Assembly: GCA_964016885.1 (NCBI GenBank)
Contig: OZ024743.1
Location: 142,972,001-143,036,000 of the forward strand
Length of the DNA: 64,000 bases
Direction: 5' to 3'
From: Eledone cirrhosa
Lineage: Eukaryota
Of the stretch, positions 1-11,500 are shown one piece after another (within the stretch, counting starts at the first letter, position 1; each line of letters begins with the position of its first letter). Both the position numbers and the translations under genes were made by a program. The notes under the pieces are model-generated. The model saw only the letters and a list, made by a program, of their open reading frames with translations, did no database searches and had not been told where the DNA came from.

Positions 1-133
1 GCATTTGTTGTTTGTTGTTTGCTGTTTGGTGTTTGATGTTTGGTGTTTGGTGTTTGGTGTTTGCTGTTTGATGTTTGGTGATTGGTGTTTGATGTTTGGT
101 GTTTGGTGCTTGGTGCTTGGTGCTTAGTGTTTT

Positions 134-3100
134 TTGTTTAGCGCTTGGTGCTTGGTGTTTTGTGCTTGGTGCTTGGTGCTTGGTGTTTGGTGCTTGGTTC
201 TTGGTGTTTGGTGTTTGGTGATTGGTGCTTGGTGTTTGGTGCTTGGGGTTTGGTGCTTGGTGCTTGGTGATTGGTGTTTGTTGCTTGGTGCTTGGTATTT
301 CGTGTTTGGTGCTTGGAGCTTGGTATTTGGTGTTTGGTGCTTGGTGCTTGGTGTTTGGTGTTTGGTGTTTGGTGCTTGGTGCTTGGTACTTGGTGTTTTG
401 TGTTTGGTGCTTGGTGCTTGGTGCTTGGTGCTTGGTGTTTGGTGCTTGGTGCTTGATGCTTGGTGCTTGGTGCTTGGTGTTTGGTGTTTAGTGCTTGGTG
501 CTTGGTATTTGGTATTTGGTGCTTGGTTCTTGGTGTTTGGTGTTTGGTGCTTGGTGCTAGGTGTTTGGTGTTTGGTGTTTGGTGCTTGGTGCTTGGTGTT
601 TGGTGATTGGTGCTTGGTACTTGGTGTTTGGTGCTCGGTGCTTGGTGCTTGGTGTTTCGTGCTTGGTGCTTGGTGTTTGGTGCTTGGTGCTTGGTGTTTG
701 TTGCTTGGTGCTTGGTGCTTGGTGTTTGGTGCTAGGTGCTTGGTGTTTGGTGTTTGGTGTTTGGTGCTTGGTGCTTGGTGCTTGGTGTTGGGTGCTTGGT
801 GCTTGGTGTTTTGTGTTTGGTGCTTGGTTCTTGGTGTTTGGTGTTTGGTGATTGGTGCTTGGTGTTTGGTGCTTGGTGTTTGGTGCTTGGTGCTTGGTGA
901 TTGGTGTTTGCTGCTTGGTGCTTGGTGTTTGGTGTTTGGTGCTTGGAGCTTGGTGTTTGGTGTTTGGTGCTTGGTGCTTGGTGTTTGGTGCTTGGTGCTT
1001 GGTGTTGTTGTTTGGTGCTTGGTACTTGGTGCTTGGTGTTTGGTGTTTGGTGTTTGCTGTTTGCTGTTTGGTGTTTGCTGTTTGGTGTTTGCTGTTTGGT
1101 GTTTGGTGTTTGATGTTTGGTGTTTGGTGCTTGGTGCTTTGTTTTTGCTCTTTGTTGCTTTGTGCTTGGTGTTTGGTGTTTGGTGCTTAGTGCTTGGTGT
1201 TTGGTGTTTGCTGCTTGGTGCTTGGTGCTTGCTGCTTGGTGCTTGGTGCCTGGTGTTTGGTGTTTGGTGTTTGGTGCTTGGTGCTTGGTGCTTTGTGTTT
1301 TTGGCTTGGTGCTTGGTGATTGGTGCTTGGTGCCTGGTGTTTGGTGTTTGGTGTTTGGTGCTTGGTGCTTGGTGTTTGGTATTTGGTGATTGGTGCTTCG
1401 TGTCTGGTGCTTGGTATTTGGTGCTTGGTGTTTGGTGCTTGGTGCTTGGTGCTTGGTGTTTGGTGCTTGGTGCTTGGTGCTTGGTATTTGGTGTTTGGTG
1501 CTTGGTGCTTGGTGTTTGGTGTTTGGTGCTTGGTGTTTGGTATTTGGTGCTTCGTGCTTGGTGTTTGGTGATTGGTGCTTGTTGTTTGGTGCTTGGTGTC
1601 TGGTGCTTGGTGCTTGGTGTTTGGTGTTTGGTGCTTGGTGCTTGGTGTTTGGTGTTTGGTGTTTGGTGCTTGGTGCTTGGTACTTGGTGTTTGGTGCTTG
1701 GTGCTTGGTGCTTGGTGTTTGGTGTTTGGTGCTTGGTGCTTGGTGTTTGGTGTTTGGTGCTTCGTGCTTGGTGTTTGGTGATTGGTGCTTGGTGCTTGGT
1801 GCTTGGTGTCTGGTGCTTGGTGCTTGGTGTTTGGTGTTTGGTGCTTGGTGCTTGGTGTTTGGTGTTTGGTGTTTGGTGCTTGGTGCTTGGTACTTGGTGT
1901 TTTGTGTTTGGTGCTTGGTGCTTGGTGCTTGGTGCTTGGTGTTTGGTGCTTGGTGCTTGATGCTTGGTGCTTGGTGCTTGGTGTTTGGTGTTTAGTGCTT
2001 GGTGCTTGGTATTTGGTGTTTGGCGCTTGGTAATTGGTGTTTGGTGTTTGGTGCTTGGTGTTTGGTGCTTGGTGCTTGGTGTTTGGTGTTTGGCGCTTGG
2101 TGCTTGGTGTTTTGTGCTTGGTGCTTGGTGCTTAGTGTTTGGTGTTTGCTGTTTGGTGTTCGCTGTTTGGTGTTTGGTGTTTCCAGTTTGGTGTTTGGTG
2201 TTTGCTATTTGGTGTTTGGTGTTTGGCGTTTGAAGTTTGGCATTTGTTGTTTGTTGTTTGCTGTTTGGTGTTTGATGTTTGGTGTTTGGTGTTTGGTGTT
2301 TGCTGTTTGATGTTTGGTGATTGGTGTTTGATGTTTGGTGTTTGGTGCTTGGTGCTTGGTGCTTGGTGCTTAGTGTTTTATGTTTAGCGCTTGGTGCTTG
2401 GTGTTTTGTGCTTGGTGCTTGGTGCTTGGTGTTTGGTGCTTGGTTCTTGGTGTTTGGTGTTTGGTGATTGGTGCTTGGTGTTTGGTGCTTGCGGTTTGGT
2501 GCTTGGTGCTTGGTGATTGGTGTTCGTTGCTTGGTGCTTGGTATTTGGTGTTTGGTGCTTGGAGCTTGGTATTTGGTGTTTGGTGCTTGGTGCTTGGTGT
2601 TTGGTGTTTGGTGTTTGGTGCTTGGTGCTTGGTACTTGGTGTTTTGTGTTTGGTGCTTGGTGCTTGGTGCTTGGTGCTTGGTGTTTGGTGCTTGGTGCTT
2701 GATGCTTGGTGCTTGGTGCTTGGTGTTTGGTGTTTAGTGCTTGGTGCTTGGTTCTTGGTGTTTGGTGTTTGGTGCTTGGTGCTAGGTGTTTGGTGTTTGG
2801 TGTTTGGTGCTTGGTGCTTGGTGTTTGGTGATTGGTGCTTGGTACTTGGTGTTTGGTGCTCGGTGCTTGGTGCTTGGTGTTTCGTGCTTGGTGCTTGGTG
2901 TTTGGTGCTTGGTGCTTGGTGTTTGTTGCTTGGTGCTTGGTGCTTGGTGTTTGGTGCTAGGTGCTTGGTGTTTGGTGTTTGGTGTTTGGTGCTTGGTGCT
3001 TGGTGCTTGGTGTTTGGTGCTTGGTGCTTGGTGTTTTGTGTTTGGTGCTTGGTTCTTGGCGTTTGGTGTTTGGTGATTGGTGCTTGGTGTTTGGTGCTTG

Positions 3101-6100
3101 GTGTTTGGTGCTTGGTGCTTGGTGATTGGTGTTTGCTGCTTGGTGCTTGGTGTTTGGTGTTTGGTGCTTGGAGCTTGGTGTTTGGTGTTTGGTGCTTGGT
3201 GCTTGGTGTTTGGTGCTTGGTGCTTGGTGTTGTTGTTTGGTGCTTGGTACTTGGTGCTTGGTGTTTGGTGTTTGGTGTTTGCTGTTTGCTGTTTGGTGTT
3301 TGCTGTTTGGTGTTTACTGTTTGGTGTTTGGTGTTTGGTGTTTGGTGTTTGGTTCTTGGTGCTTTGTTTTTGCTCTTTGGTGCTTTGTGCTTGGTGTTTG
3401 GTGTTTGGTGCTTAGTGCTTGGTGTTTGGTGTTTGGTGCTTGGTGCTTGGTGCTTGGTGCTTGCTGCTTGGTGCTTGGTGCCTGGTGTTTGGTGTTTGGT
3501 GTTTGGTGCTTGGTGCTTGGTGCTTTGTGTTTTTTGCTTGGTGCTTGGTGATTGGTGCTTGGTGCCTGGTGTTTGGTGTTTGGTGTTTGGTGCTTGGTGC
3601 TTGGTGTTTGGTATTTGGTGCTTCGTGCTTGGTGTTTGGTGATTGGTGCTTGGTTCTTGGTGCTTGGTGTCTGGTGCTTGGTGCTTGGTGTTTGGTGTTT
3701 GGTGCTTGGTGCTTGGTGTTTGGTGTTTGGTGTTTGGTGCTTGGTGCTTGGTACTTGGTGTTTGGTGCTTGGTGCTTGGTGCTTGGTGCTTGGTGTTTGG
3801 TGTTTAGTGCTTGGTGCTTGGTATTTGGTGTTTGGCGCTTGGTGCTTGGTGTTTGGTGTTTGGTGCTTGGTGTTTGGTGCTTGGTGCTTGGTGTTTGGTG
3901 TTTGGCGCTTGGTGCTTGGTGTTTTGTGCTTGGTGCTTGGTGCTTGGTGTTTGGTGTTTGCTGTTTGCTGTTCGCTGTTTGGTGTTTGGTGATTCCTGTT
4001 TGGTGTTTGGTGTTTGCGGTTTGGTGTTTGCTATTTGGTGTTTGGTGTTTGGCGTTTGATGTTTGGCATTTGTTGTTTGATGTTTGGTGTTTGGTGTTTG
4101 GTGTTTGCTGTTTGATGTTTGGTGATTGGTGTTTGATGTTTGGTGTTTGGTGCTTGGTGCTTGGTGCTTGGTGCTTAGTGTTTTATGTTTAGTGCTTGGT
4201 GCTTGGTGTTTTGTGCTTGGTGCTTGGTGCTTGGTGTTTGGTGCTTGGTTCTTGGTGTTTGGTGTTTGGTGATTGGTGCTTGGTGTTTGGTGCTTGGGGT
4301 TTGGTGCTTGGTGCTTGGTGATTGGTGCTTGGTGCTTGGTGTTTGGTGTTTGGTGTTTGGTGCTTGGTGCTTGGTACTTGGTGTTTTGTGTTTGGTGCTT
4401 GGTGCTTGGTGCTTGGTGCTTGGTGTTTGGTGCTTGGTGCTTGATGCTTGGTGCTTGGTGCTTGGTGTTTGGTGTTTAGTGCTTGGTGCTTGGTATTTGG
4501 TGTTTGGTGCTTGGTGCTTGGTGTTTGGTGTTTGGTGTTTGGTGCTTGGTGCTTGGTGTTTGGTGATTGGTGCTTGGTACTTGGTGTTTGGTGCTCGGTG
4601 CTTGGTGCTTGGTGTTTCGTGCTTGCTGCTTGGTGTTTGGTGCTTGGTGCTTGGTGTTTGTTGCTTGGTGCTTGGTGCTTGGTGTTTGGTGCTTGGTGCT
4701 TAGTGTTTGGTGTTTGGTGTTTGGTGCTTGGTGCTTGGTGCTTGGTGCTTGGTGTTTTGTGCTTGGAGCCTGGTGTTTGGTGTTTGGTGCTTGGTGCTTG
4801 GTGTTTGGTGTTTGGTGCTTGGTGCTTGGTGTTTTGTGTTTGGTGCTTGGTTCTTGGTGTTTGGTGTTTGGTGAATGGTGCTTGGTGTTTGGTGCTTGGG
4901 GTTTGGTGCTTGGTGCTTGGTGATTGGTGTTTGGTGCTTGGTGCTTGGTGTATGGTGTTTGGTGCTTGGAGCTTGGTGTTTGGTGTTTGGTGCTTCATGC
5001 TTGGTGTTTGGTGCTTGGTGCTTGGTGTTGTTGTTTGGTGCTTGGTGCTTGGTGCTTGGTGTTTGGTGTTTGGTGTTTGCTGTTTGCTGTTTGGTGTTTG
5101 CTGTTTGGTGTTTGCTGTTTGGTGTTTGGTGTTTGGTGTTTGGTGTTTGGTGCTTGGTGCTTTGTTTTTGCTCTTTGGTGCTTTGTGCTTGGTGTTTGGT
5201 GTTTGGTGCTTAGTGCTTGGTGTTTGGTGTTTGGTGCTTGGTGCTTGGTGCTTGGTGCTTGCTGCTTGCTGCTTGGTGCCTGGTGTTTGGTGTTTGGTGT
5301 TTGGTGCTTGGTGCTTGGTGATTTGTGTTTTTTGCTTGGTGCTTGGTGATTGGTGCTTGGTGCCTGGTGTTTGGTGTTTGGTGTTTGGTGCTTGGTGCTT
5401 GGTGTTTGGTGTTTTGTGCTTGGTGCTAGGTGTTTGGTGTTTGGTGCTTGGCGTTTGCTGTTTGGCATTTGGGGTTTGGCATTTGCTGTTTGGCGTTTGG
5501 GGTTTGGCGTTTGCTTTTTGGCGTTTGCTGTTTGGTGTTTGGTGTTTGCTGTTTGCTGTTTGGTGTTTGCTGTTTGGTGTTTGCTGTTTGGTGTTTGCTG
5601 TTTGGTGCTTGGTGCTTGGTGTTTGCTGCTTGGTGCTTGGTGCTTGGTGTTTGGTGTTTGGTGCTTGGAGCTTGGTGTTTGGTGTTTGGTGCTTGGTGCT
5701 TGGTGTTTGGTGCTTGGTGCTTGGTGTTGTTGTTTGGTGCTTGGTACTTGGTGCTTGGTGTTTGGTGTTTGGTGTTTGCTGTTTGCTGTTTGGTGTTTGC
5801 TGTTTGGTGTTTGGTGTTTGGTGTTTGCTGTTTGATGTTTGGTGATTGGTGTTTGATGTTTGGTGTTTGGTGCTTGGTGCTTGGTGCTTGGTGCTTAGTG
5901 TTTTTTGTTTAGCGCTTGGTGCTTGGTGTTTTGTGCTTGGTGCTTGGTGCTTGGTGTTTGGTGCTTGGTTCTTGGTGTTTGGTGTTTGGTGATTGGTGCT
6001 TGGTGTTTGGTGCTTGGGGTTTGGTGCTTGGTGCTTGGTATTTGGTGTTTGGTGCTTGGAGCTTGGTATTTGGTGTTTGGTGCTTGGTGCTTGGTGTTTG

Positions 6101-9100
6101 GTGTTTGGTGTTTGGTGCTTGGTGCTTGGTACTTGGTGTTTTGTGTTTGGTGCTTGGTGCTTGGTGCTTGGTGCTTGGTGTTTGGTGCTTGGTGCTTGAT
6201 GCTTGGTGCTTGGTGCTTGGTGTTTGGTGTTTAGTGCTTGGTGCTTGGTATTTGGTATTTGGTGCTTGGTTCTTGGTGTTTGGTGTTTGGTGCTTGGTGC
6301 TAGGTGTTTGGTGTTTGGTGTTTGGTGCTTGGTGCTTGGTGTTTGGTGATTGGTGCTTGGTACTTGGTGTTTGGTGCTCGGTGCTTGGTGCTTGGTGTTT
6401 CGTGCTTGGTGCTTGGTGTTTGGTGCTTGGTGCTTGGTGTTTGTTGCTTGGTGCTTGGTGCTTGGTGTTTGGTGCTAGGTGCTTGGTGTTTGGTGTTTGG
6501 TGTTTGGTGCTTGGTGCTTGGTGCTTGGTGTTTGGTGCTTGGTGCTTGGTGTTTTGTGTTTGGTGCTTGGTTCTTGGTGTTTGGTGTTTGGTGATTGGTG
6601 CTTGGTGTTTGGTGCTTGGTGTTTGGTGCTTGGTGCTTGGTGATTGGTGTTTGCTGCTTGGTGCTTGGTGTTTGGTGTTTGGTGCTTGGAGCTTGGTGTT
6701 TGGTGTTTGGTGCTTGGTGCTTGGTGTTTGGTGCTTGGTGCTTGGTGTTGTTGTTTGGTGCTTGGTACTTGGTGCTTGGTGTTTGGTGTTTGGTGTTTGC
6801 TGTTTGCTGTTTGGTGTTTGCTGTTTGGTGTTTGCTGTTTGGTGTTTGGTGTTTGATGTTTGGTGTTTGGTGCTTGGTGCTTTGTTTTTGCTCTTTGGTG
6901 CTTTGTGCTTGGTGTTTGGTGTTTGGTGCTTAGTGCTTGGTGTTTGGTGCTTGGTGCTTGGTGCTTGGTGCTTGCTGCTTGGTGCTTGGTGCCTGGTGTT
7001 TGGTGTTTGGTGTTTGGTGCTTGGTGCTTGGTGCTTTGTGTTTTTTGCTTGGTGCTTGGTGATTGGTGCTTGGTGCCTGGTGTTTGGTGTTTGGTGTTTG
7101 GTGCTTGGTGCTTGGTGTTTGGTATTTGGTGATTGGTGCTTCGTGTCTGGTGCTTGGTATTTGGTGCTTGGTGTTTGGTGCTTGGTGCTTGGTGCTTGGT
7201 GTTTGGTGCTTGGTGCTTGGTGCTTGGTATTTGGTGTTTGGTGCTTGGTGCTTGGTGTTTGGTGCTTGGTGCTTGGTGTTTGGTATTTGGTGCTTCGTGC
7301 TTGGTGTTTGGTGATTGGTGCTTGTTGTTTGGTGCTTGGTGTCTGGTGCTTGGTGCTTGGTGTTTGGTGTTTGGTGCTTGGTGCTTGGTGTTTGGTGTTT
7401 GGTGTTTGGTGCTTGGTGCTTGGTACTTGGTGTTTGGTGCTTGGTGCTTGGTGCTTGGTGTTTGGTGTTTGGTGCTTGGTGCTTGGTGTTTGGTGTTTGG
7501 TGCTTCGTGCTTGGTGTTTGGTGATTGGTGCTTGGTGCTTGGTGCTTGGTGTCTGGTGCTTGGTGCTTGGTGTTTGGTGTTTGGTGCTTGGTGCTTGGTG
7601 TTTGGTGTTTGGTGTTTGGTGCTTGGTGCTTGGTACTTGGTGTTTTGTGTTTGGTGCTTGGTGCTAGGTGCTTGGTGCTTGGTGTTCGGTGCTTGGTGCT
7701 TGATGCTTGGTGCTTGGTGCTTGGTGTTTGGTGTTTAGTGTTTGGTGCTTGGTATTTGGTGTTTGGCGCTTGGTGATTGGTGTTTGGTGTTTGGTGCTTG
7801 GTGTTTGGTGCTTGGTGCTTGGTGTTTGGTGTTTGGCGCTTGGTGCTTGGTGTTTTGTGCTTGGTGCTTGGTGCTTGGTGTTTGGTGTTTGCTGTTTGGT
7901 GTTCGCTGTTTGGTGTTTGGTGTTTCCAGTTTGGTGTTTGGTGTTTGCGGTTTGGTGTTTGCTATTTGGTGTTTGGTGTTTGGCGTTTGAAGTTTGGCAT
8001 TTGTTGTTTGTTGTTTGCTGTTTGGTGTTTGATGTTTGGTGTTTGGTGTTTGGTGTTTGCTGTTTGATGTTTGGTGATTGGTGTTTGATGTTTGGTGTTT
8101 GGTGCTTGGTGCTTGGTGCTTGGTGCTTAGTGTTTTATGTTTAGCGCTTGGTGCTTGGTGTTTTGTGCTTGGTGCTTGGTGCTTGGTGTTTGGTGCTTGG
8201 TTCTTGGTGTTTGGTGTTTGGTGATTGGTGCTTGGTGTTTGGTGCTTGGGGTTTGGTGCTTGGTGCTTGGTGATTGGTGTTCGTTGCTTGGTGCTTGGTA
8301 TTTGGTGTTTGGTGCTTGGAGCTTGGTATTTGGTGTTTGGTGCTTGGTGCTTGGTGTTTGGTGTTTGGTGTTTGGTGCTTGGTGCTTGGTACTTGGTGTT
8401 TTGTGTTTGGTGCTTGGTGCTTGGTGCTTGGTGCTTGGTGTTTGGTGCTTGGTGCTTGATGCTTGGTGCTTGGTGCTTGGTGTTTGGTGTTTAGTGCTTG
8501 GTGCTTGGTATTTGGTGTTTGGTGCTTGGTTCTTGGTGTTTGGTGTTTGGTGCTTGGTGCTAGGTGTTTGGTGTTTGGTGTTTGGTGCTTGGTGCTTGGT
8601 GTTTGGTGATTGGTGCTTGGTACTTGGTGTTTGGTGCTCGGTGCTTGGTGCTTGGTGTTTCGTGCTTGGTGCTTGGTGTTTGGTGCTTGGTGCTTGGTGT
8701 TTGTTGCTTGGTGCTTGGTGCTTGGTGTTTGGTGCTAGGTGCTTGGTGTTTGGTGTTTGGTGTTTGGTGCTTGGTGCTTGGTGCTTGGTGTTTGGTGCTT
8801 GGTGCTTGGTATTTTGTGTTTGGTGCTTGGTTCTTGGTGTTTGGTGTTTGGTGATTGGTGCTTGGTGTTTGGTGCTTGGTGTTTGGTGCTTGGTGCTTGG
8901 TGATTGGTGTTTGCTGCTTGGTGCTTGGTGTTTGGTGTTTGGTGCTTGGAGCTTGGTGTTTGGTGTTTGGTGCTTGGTGCTTGGTGTTTGGTGTTTGGTG
9001 TTTGGTGCTTGGTGCTTGGTACTTGGTGTTTTGTGTTTGGTGCTTGGTGCTTGGTACTTGGTGCTTGGTGTTTGGTGTTTGGTGTTTGCTGTTTGCTGTT

Positions 9101-11500
9101 TGGTGTTTGCTGTTTGGTGTTTACTGTTTGGTGTTTGGTGTTTGGTGTTTGGTGTTTGGTGCTTGGTGCTTTGTTTTTGCTCTTTGGTGCTTTGTGCTTG
9201 GTGTTTGGTGTTTGGTGCTTAGTGCTTGGTGTTTGGTGTTTGGTGCTTGGTGCTTGGTGCTTGGTGCTTGCTGCTTGGTGCTTGGTGCCTGGTGTTTGGT
9301 GTTTGGTGTTTGGTGCTTGGTGCTTGGTGCTTTGTGTTTTTTGCTTGGTGCTTGGTGATTGGTGCTTGGTGCCTGGTGTTTGGTGTTTGGTGTTTGGTGC
9401 TTGGTGCTTGGTATTTGGTGCTTCGTGCTTGGTGTTTGGTGATTGGTGCTTGGTGCTTGGTGCTTGGTGTCTGGTGCTTGGTGCTTGGTGTTTGGTGTTT
9501 GGTGCTTGGTGCTTGGTGTTTGGTGTTTGGTGTTTGGTGCTTCGTGCTTGGTACTTGGTGTTTGGTGCTTGGTGCTTGGTGCTTGGTGCTTGGTGTTTGG
9601 TGTTTAGTGCTTGGTGCTTGGTATTTGGTGTTTGGCGCTTGGTGCTTGGTGTTTGGTGTTTGGTGCTTGGTGTTTGGTGCTTGGTGCTTGGTGTTTGGTG
9701 TTTGGCGCTTGGTGCTTGGTGTTTTGTGCTTGGTGCTTGGTGCTTGGTGTTTGGTGTTTGCTGTTTGCTGTTCGCTGTTTGGTGTTTGGTGTTTCCTGTT
9801 TGGTGTTTGGTGTTTGCGGTTTGGTGTTTGCTATTTGGTGTTTGGTGTTTGGCGTTTGATGTTTGGCATTTGTTGTTTGATGTTTGGTGTTTGGTGTTTG
9901 GTGTTTGCTGTTTGATGTTTGGTGATTGGTGTTTGATGTTTGGTGTTTGGTGCTTGGTGCTTGGTGCTTGGTGCTTAGTGTTTTATGTTTAGCGCTTGGT
10001 GCTTGGTGTTTTGTGCTTGGTGCTTGGTGCTTGGTGTTTGGTGCTTGGTTCTTGGTGTTTGGTGTTTGGTGATTGGTGCTTGGTGTTTGGTGCTTGGGGT
10101 TTGGTGCTTGGTGCTTGGTGATTGGTGCTTGGTGCTTGGTGTTTGGTGTTTGGTGTTTGGTGCTTGGTGCTTGGTACTTGGTGTTTTGTGTTTGGTGCTT
10201 GGTGCTTGGTGCTTGGTGCTTGGTGTTTGGTGCTTGGTGCTTGATGCTTGGTGCTTGGTGCTTGGTGTTTGGTGTTTAGTGCTTGGTGCTTGGTATTTGG
10301 TGTTTGGTGCTTGGTGCTTGGTGTTTGGTGTTTGGTGTTTGGTGCTTGGTGCTTGGTGTTTGGTGATTGGTGCTTGGTACTTGGTGTTTGGTGCTCGGTG
10401 CTTGGTGCTTGGTGTTTCGTGCTTGCTGCTTGGTGTTTGGTGCTTGGTGCTTGGTGTTTGTTGCTTGGTGCTTGGTGCTTGGTGTTTGGTGCTTGGTGCT
10501 TAGTGTTTGGTGTTTGGTGTTTGGTGCTTGGTGCTTGGTGCTTGGTGCTTGGTGTTTTGTGCTTGGAGCCTGGTGTTTGGTGTTTGGTGCTTGGTGCTTG
10601 GTGTTTGGTGTTTGGTGCTTGGTGTTTTGTGTTTGGTGCTTGGTTCTTGGTGTTTGGTGTTTGGTGATTGGTGCTTGGTGTTTGGTGCTTGGGGTTTGGT
10701 GCTTGGTGCTTGGTGTATGGTGTTTGGTGCTTGGAGCTTGGTGTTTGGTGTTTGGTGCTTCATGCTTGGTGTTTGGTGCTTGGTGCTTGGTGTTGTTGTT
10801 TGGTGCTTGGTGCTTGGTGTTTGGTGTTTGGTGTTTGCTGTTTGCTGTTTGGTGTTTGCTGTTTGGTGTTTGCTGTTTGGTGTTTGGTGTTGGTGTTTGG
10901 TGTTTGGTGCTTGGTGCTTTGTTTTTGCTCTTTGGTGCTTTGTGCTTGGTGTTTGGTGTTTGGTGCTTAGTGCTTGGTGTTTGGTGTTTGGTGCTTGGAG
11001 CTTGGTGCTTGGTGCTTGGTGTTTGGTGTTTGGTGTTTGGTGCTTGGTGCTTGGTGATTTGTGTTTTTGGCTTGGTGCTTGGTGATTGGTGCTTGGTGCC
11101 TGGTGTTTGGTGTTTGGTGTTTGGTGCTTGGTGCTTGGTGTTTGGTGTTTTGTGCTTGGTGCTAGGTGTTTGGTGTTTGGTGCTTGGCGTTTGCTGTTTG
11201 GCATTTGGGGTTTGGCATTTGCTGTTTGGCGTTTGGGGTTTGGCGTTTGCTTTTTGGCGTTTGCTGTTTGGTGTTTGGTGTTTGCTGTTTGCTGTTTGCT
11301 GTTTGCTGTTTGGTGTTTGCTGTTTGGTGTTTGCTGTTTGGTGTTTGCTGTTTGGTGCTTGGTACTTGGTGTTTGCTGCTTGGTGCTTGGTGTTTGGTGT
11401 TTGGTGCTTGGAGCTTGGTGTTTGGTGTTTGGTGCTTGGTGTTTGGTGCTTGGTGCTTGGTGTTGTTGTTTGGTGCTTGGTACTTGGTGCTTGGTATTTG
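134..11500. repeat. ~5.8 kb higher-order period (three modules, A-B-C, then A-B-C')
   Basis: Landmark offsets: 134->5905 = 5771, 2380->8137 = 5757, 4185->9985 = 5800. The A modules share the TTTTTTGTTTAGCGC form of the landmark and CTTCGTGTCTGG. The B modules share GTTCGTTGC and TTTACTG. The C modules share CTTCATGC and GTGTATGG. Confidence 0.85.

Noticed and set aside
134-1960. 608-aa and other long + strand ORFs (WCLVLGA repeats) as membrane proteins
   Set aside because: The same peptide appears in all three overlapping frames, starts are mostly TTG/alternative codons, and ORF ends fall at sporadic TGA/TAG variant monomers. There is no non-repetitive domain or codon-position bias. These are a by-product of the stop-free heptamer.
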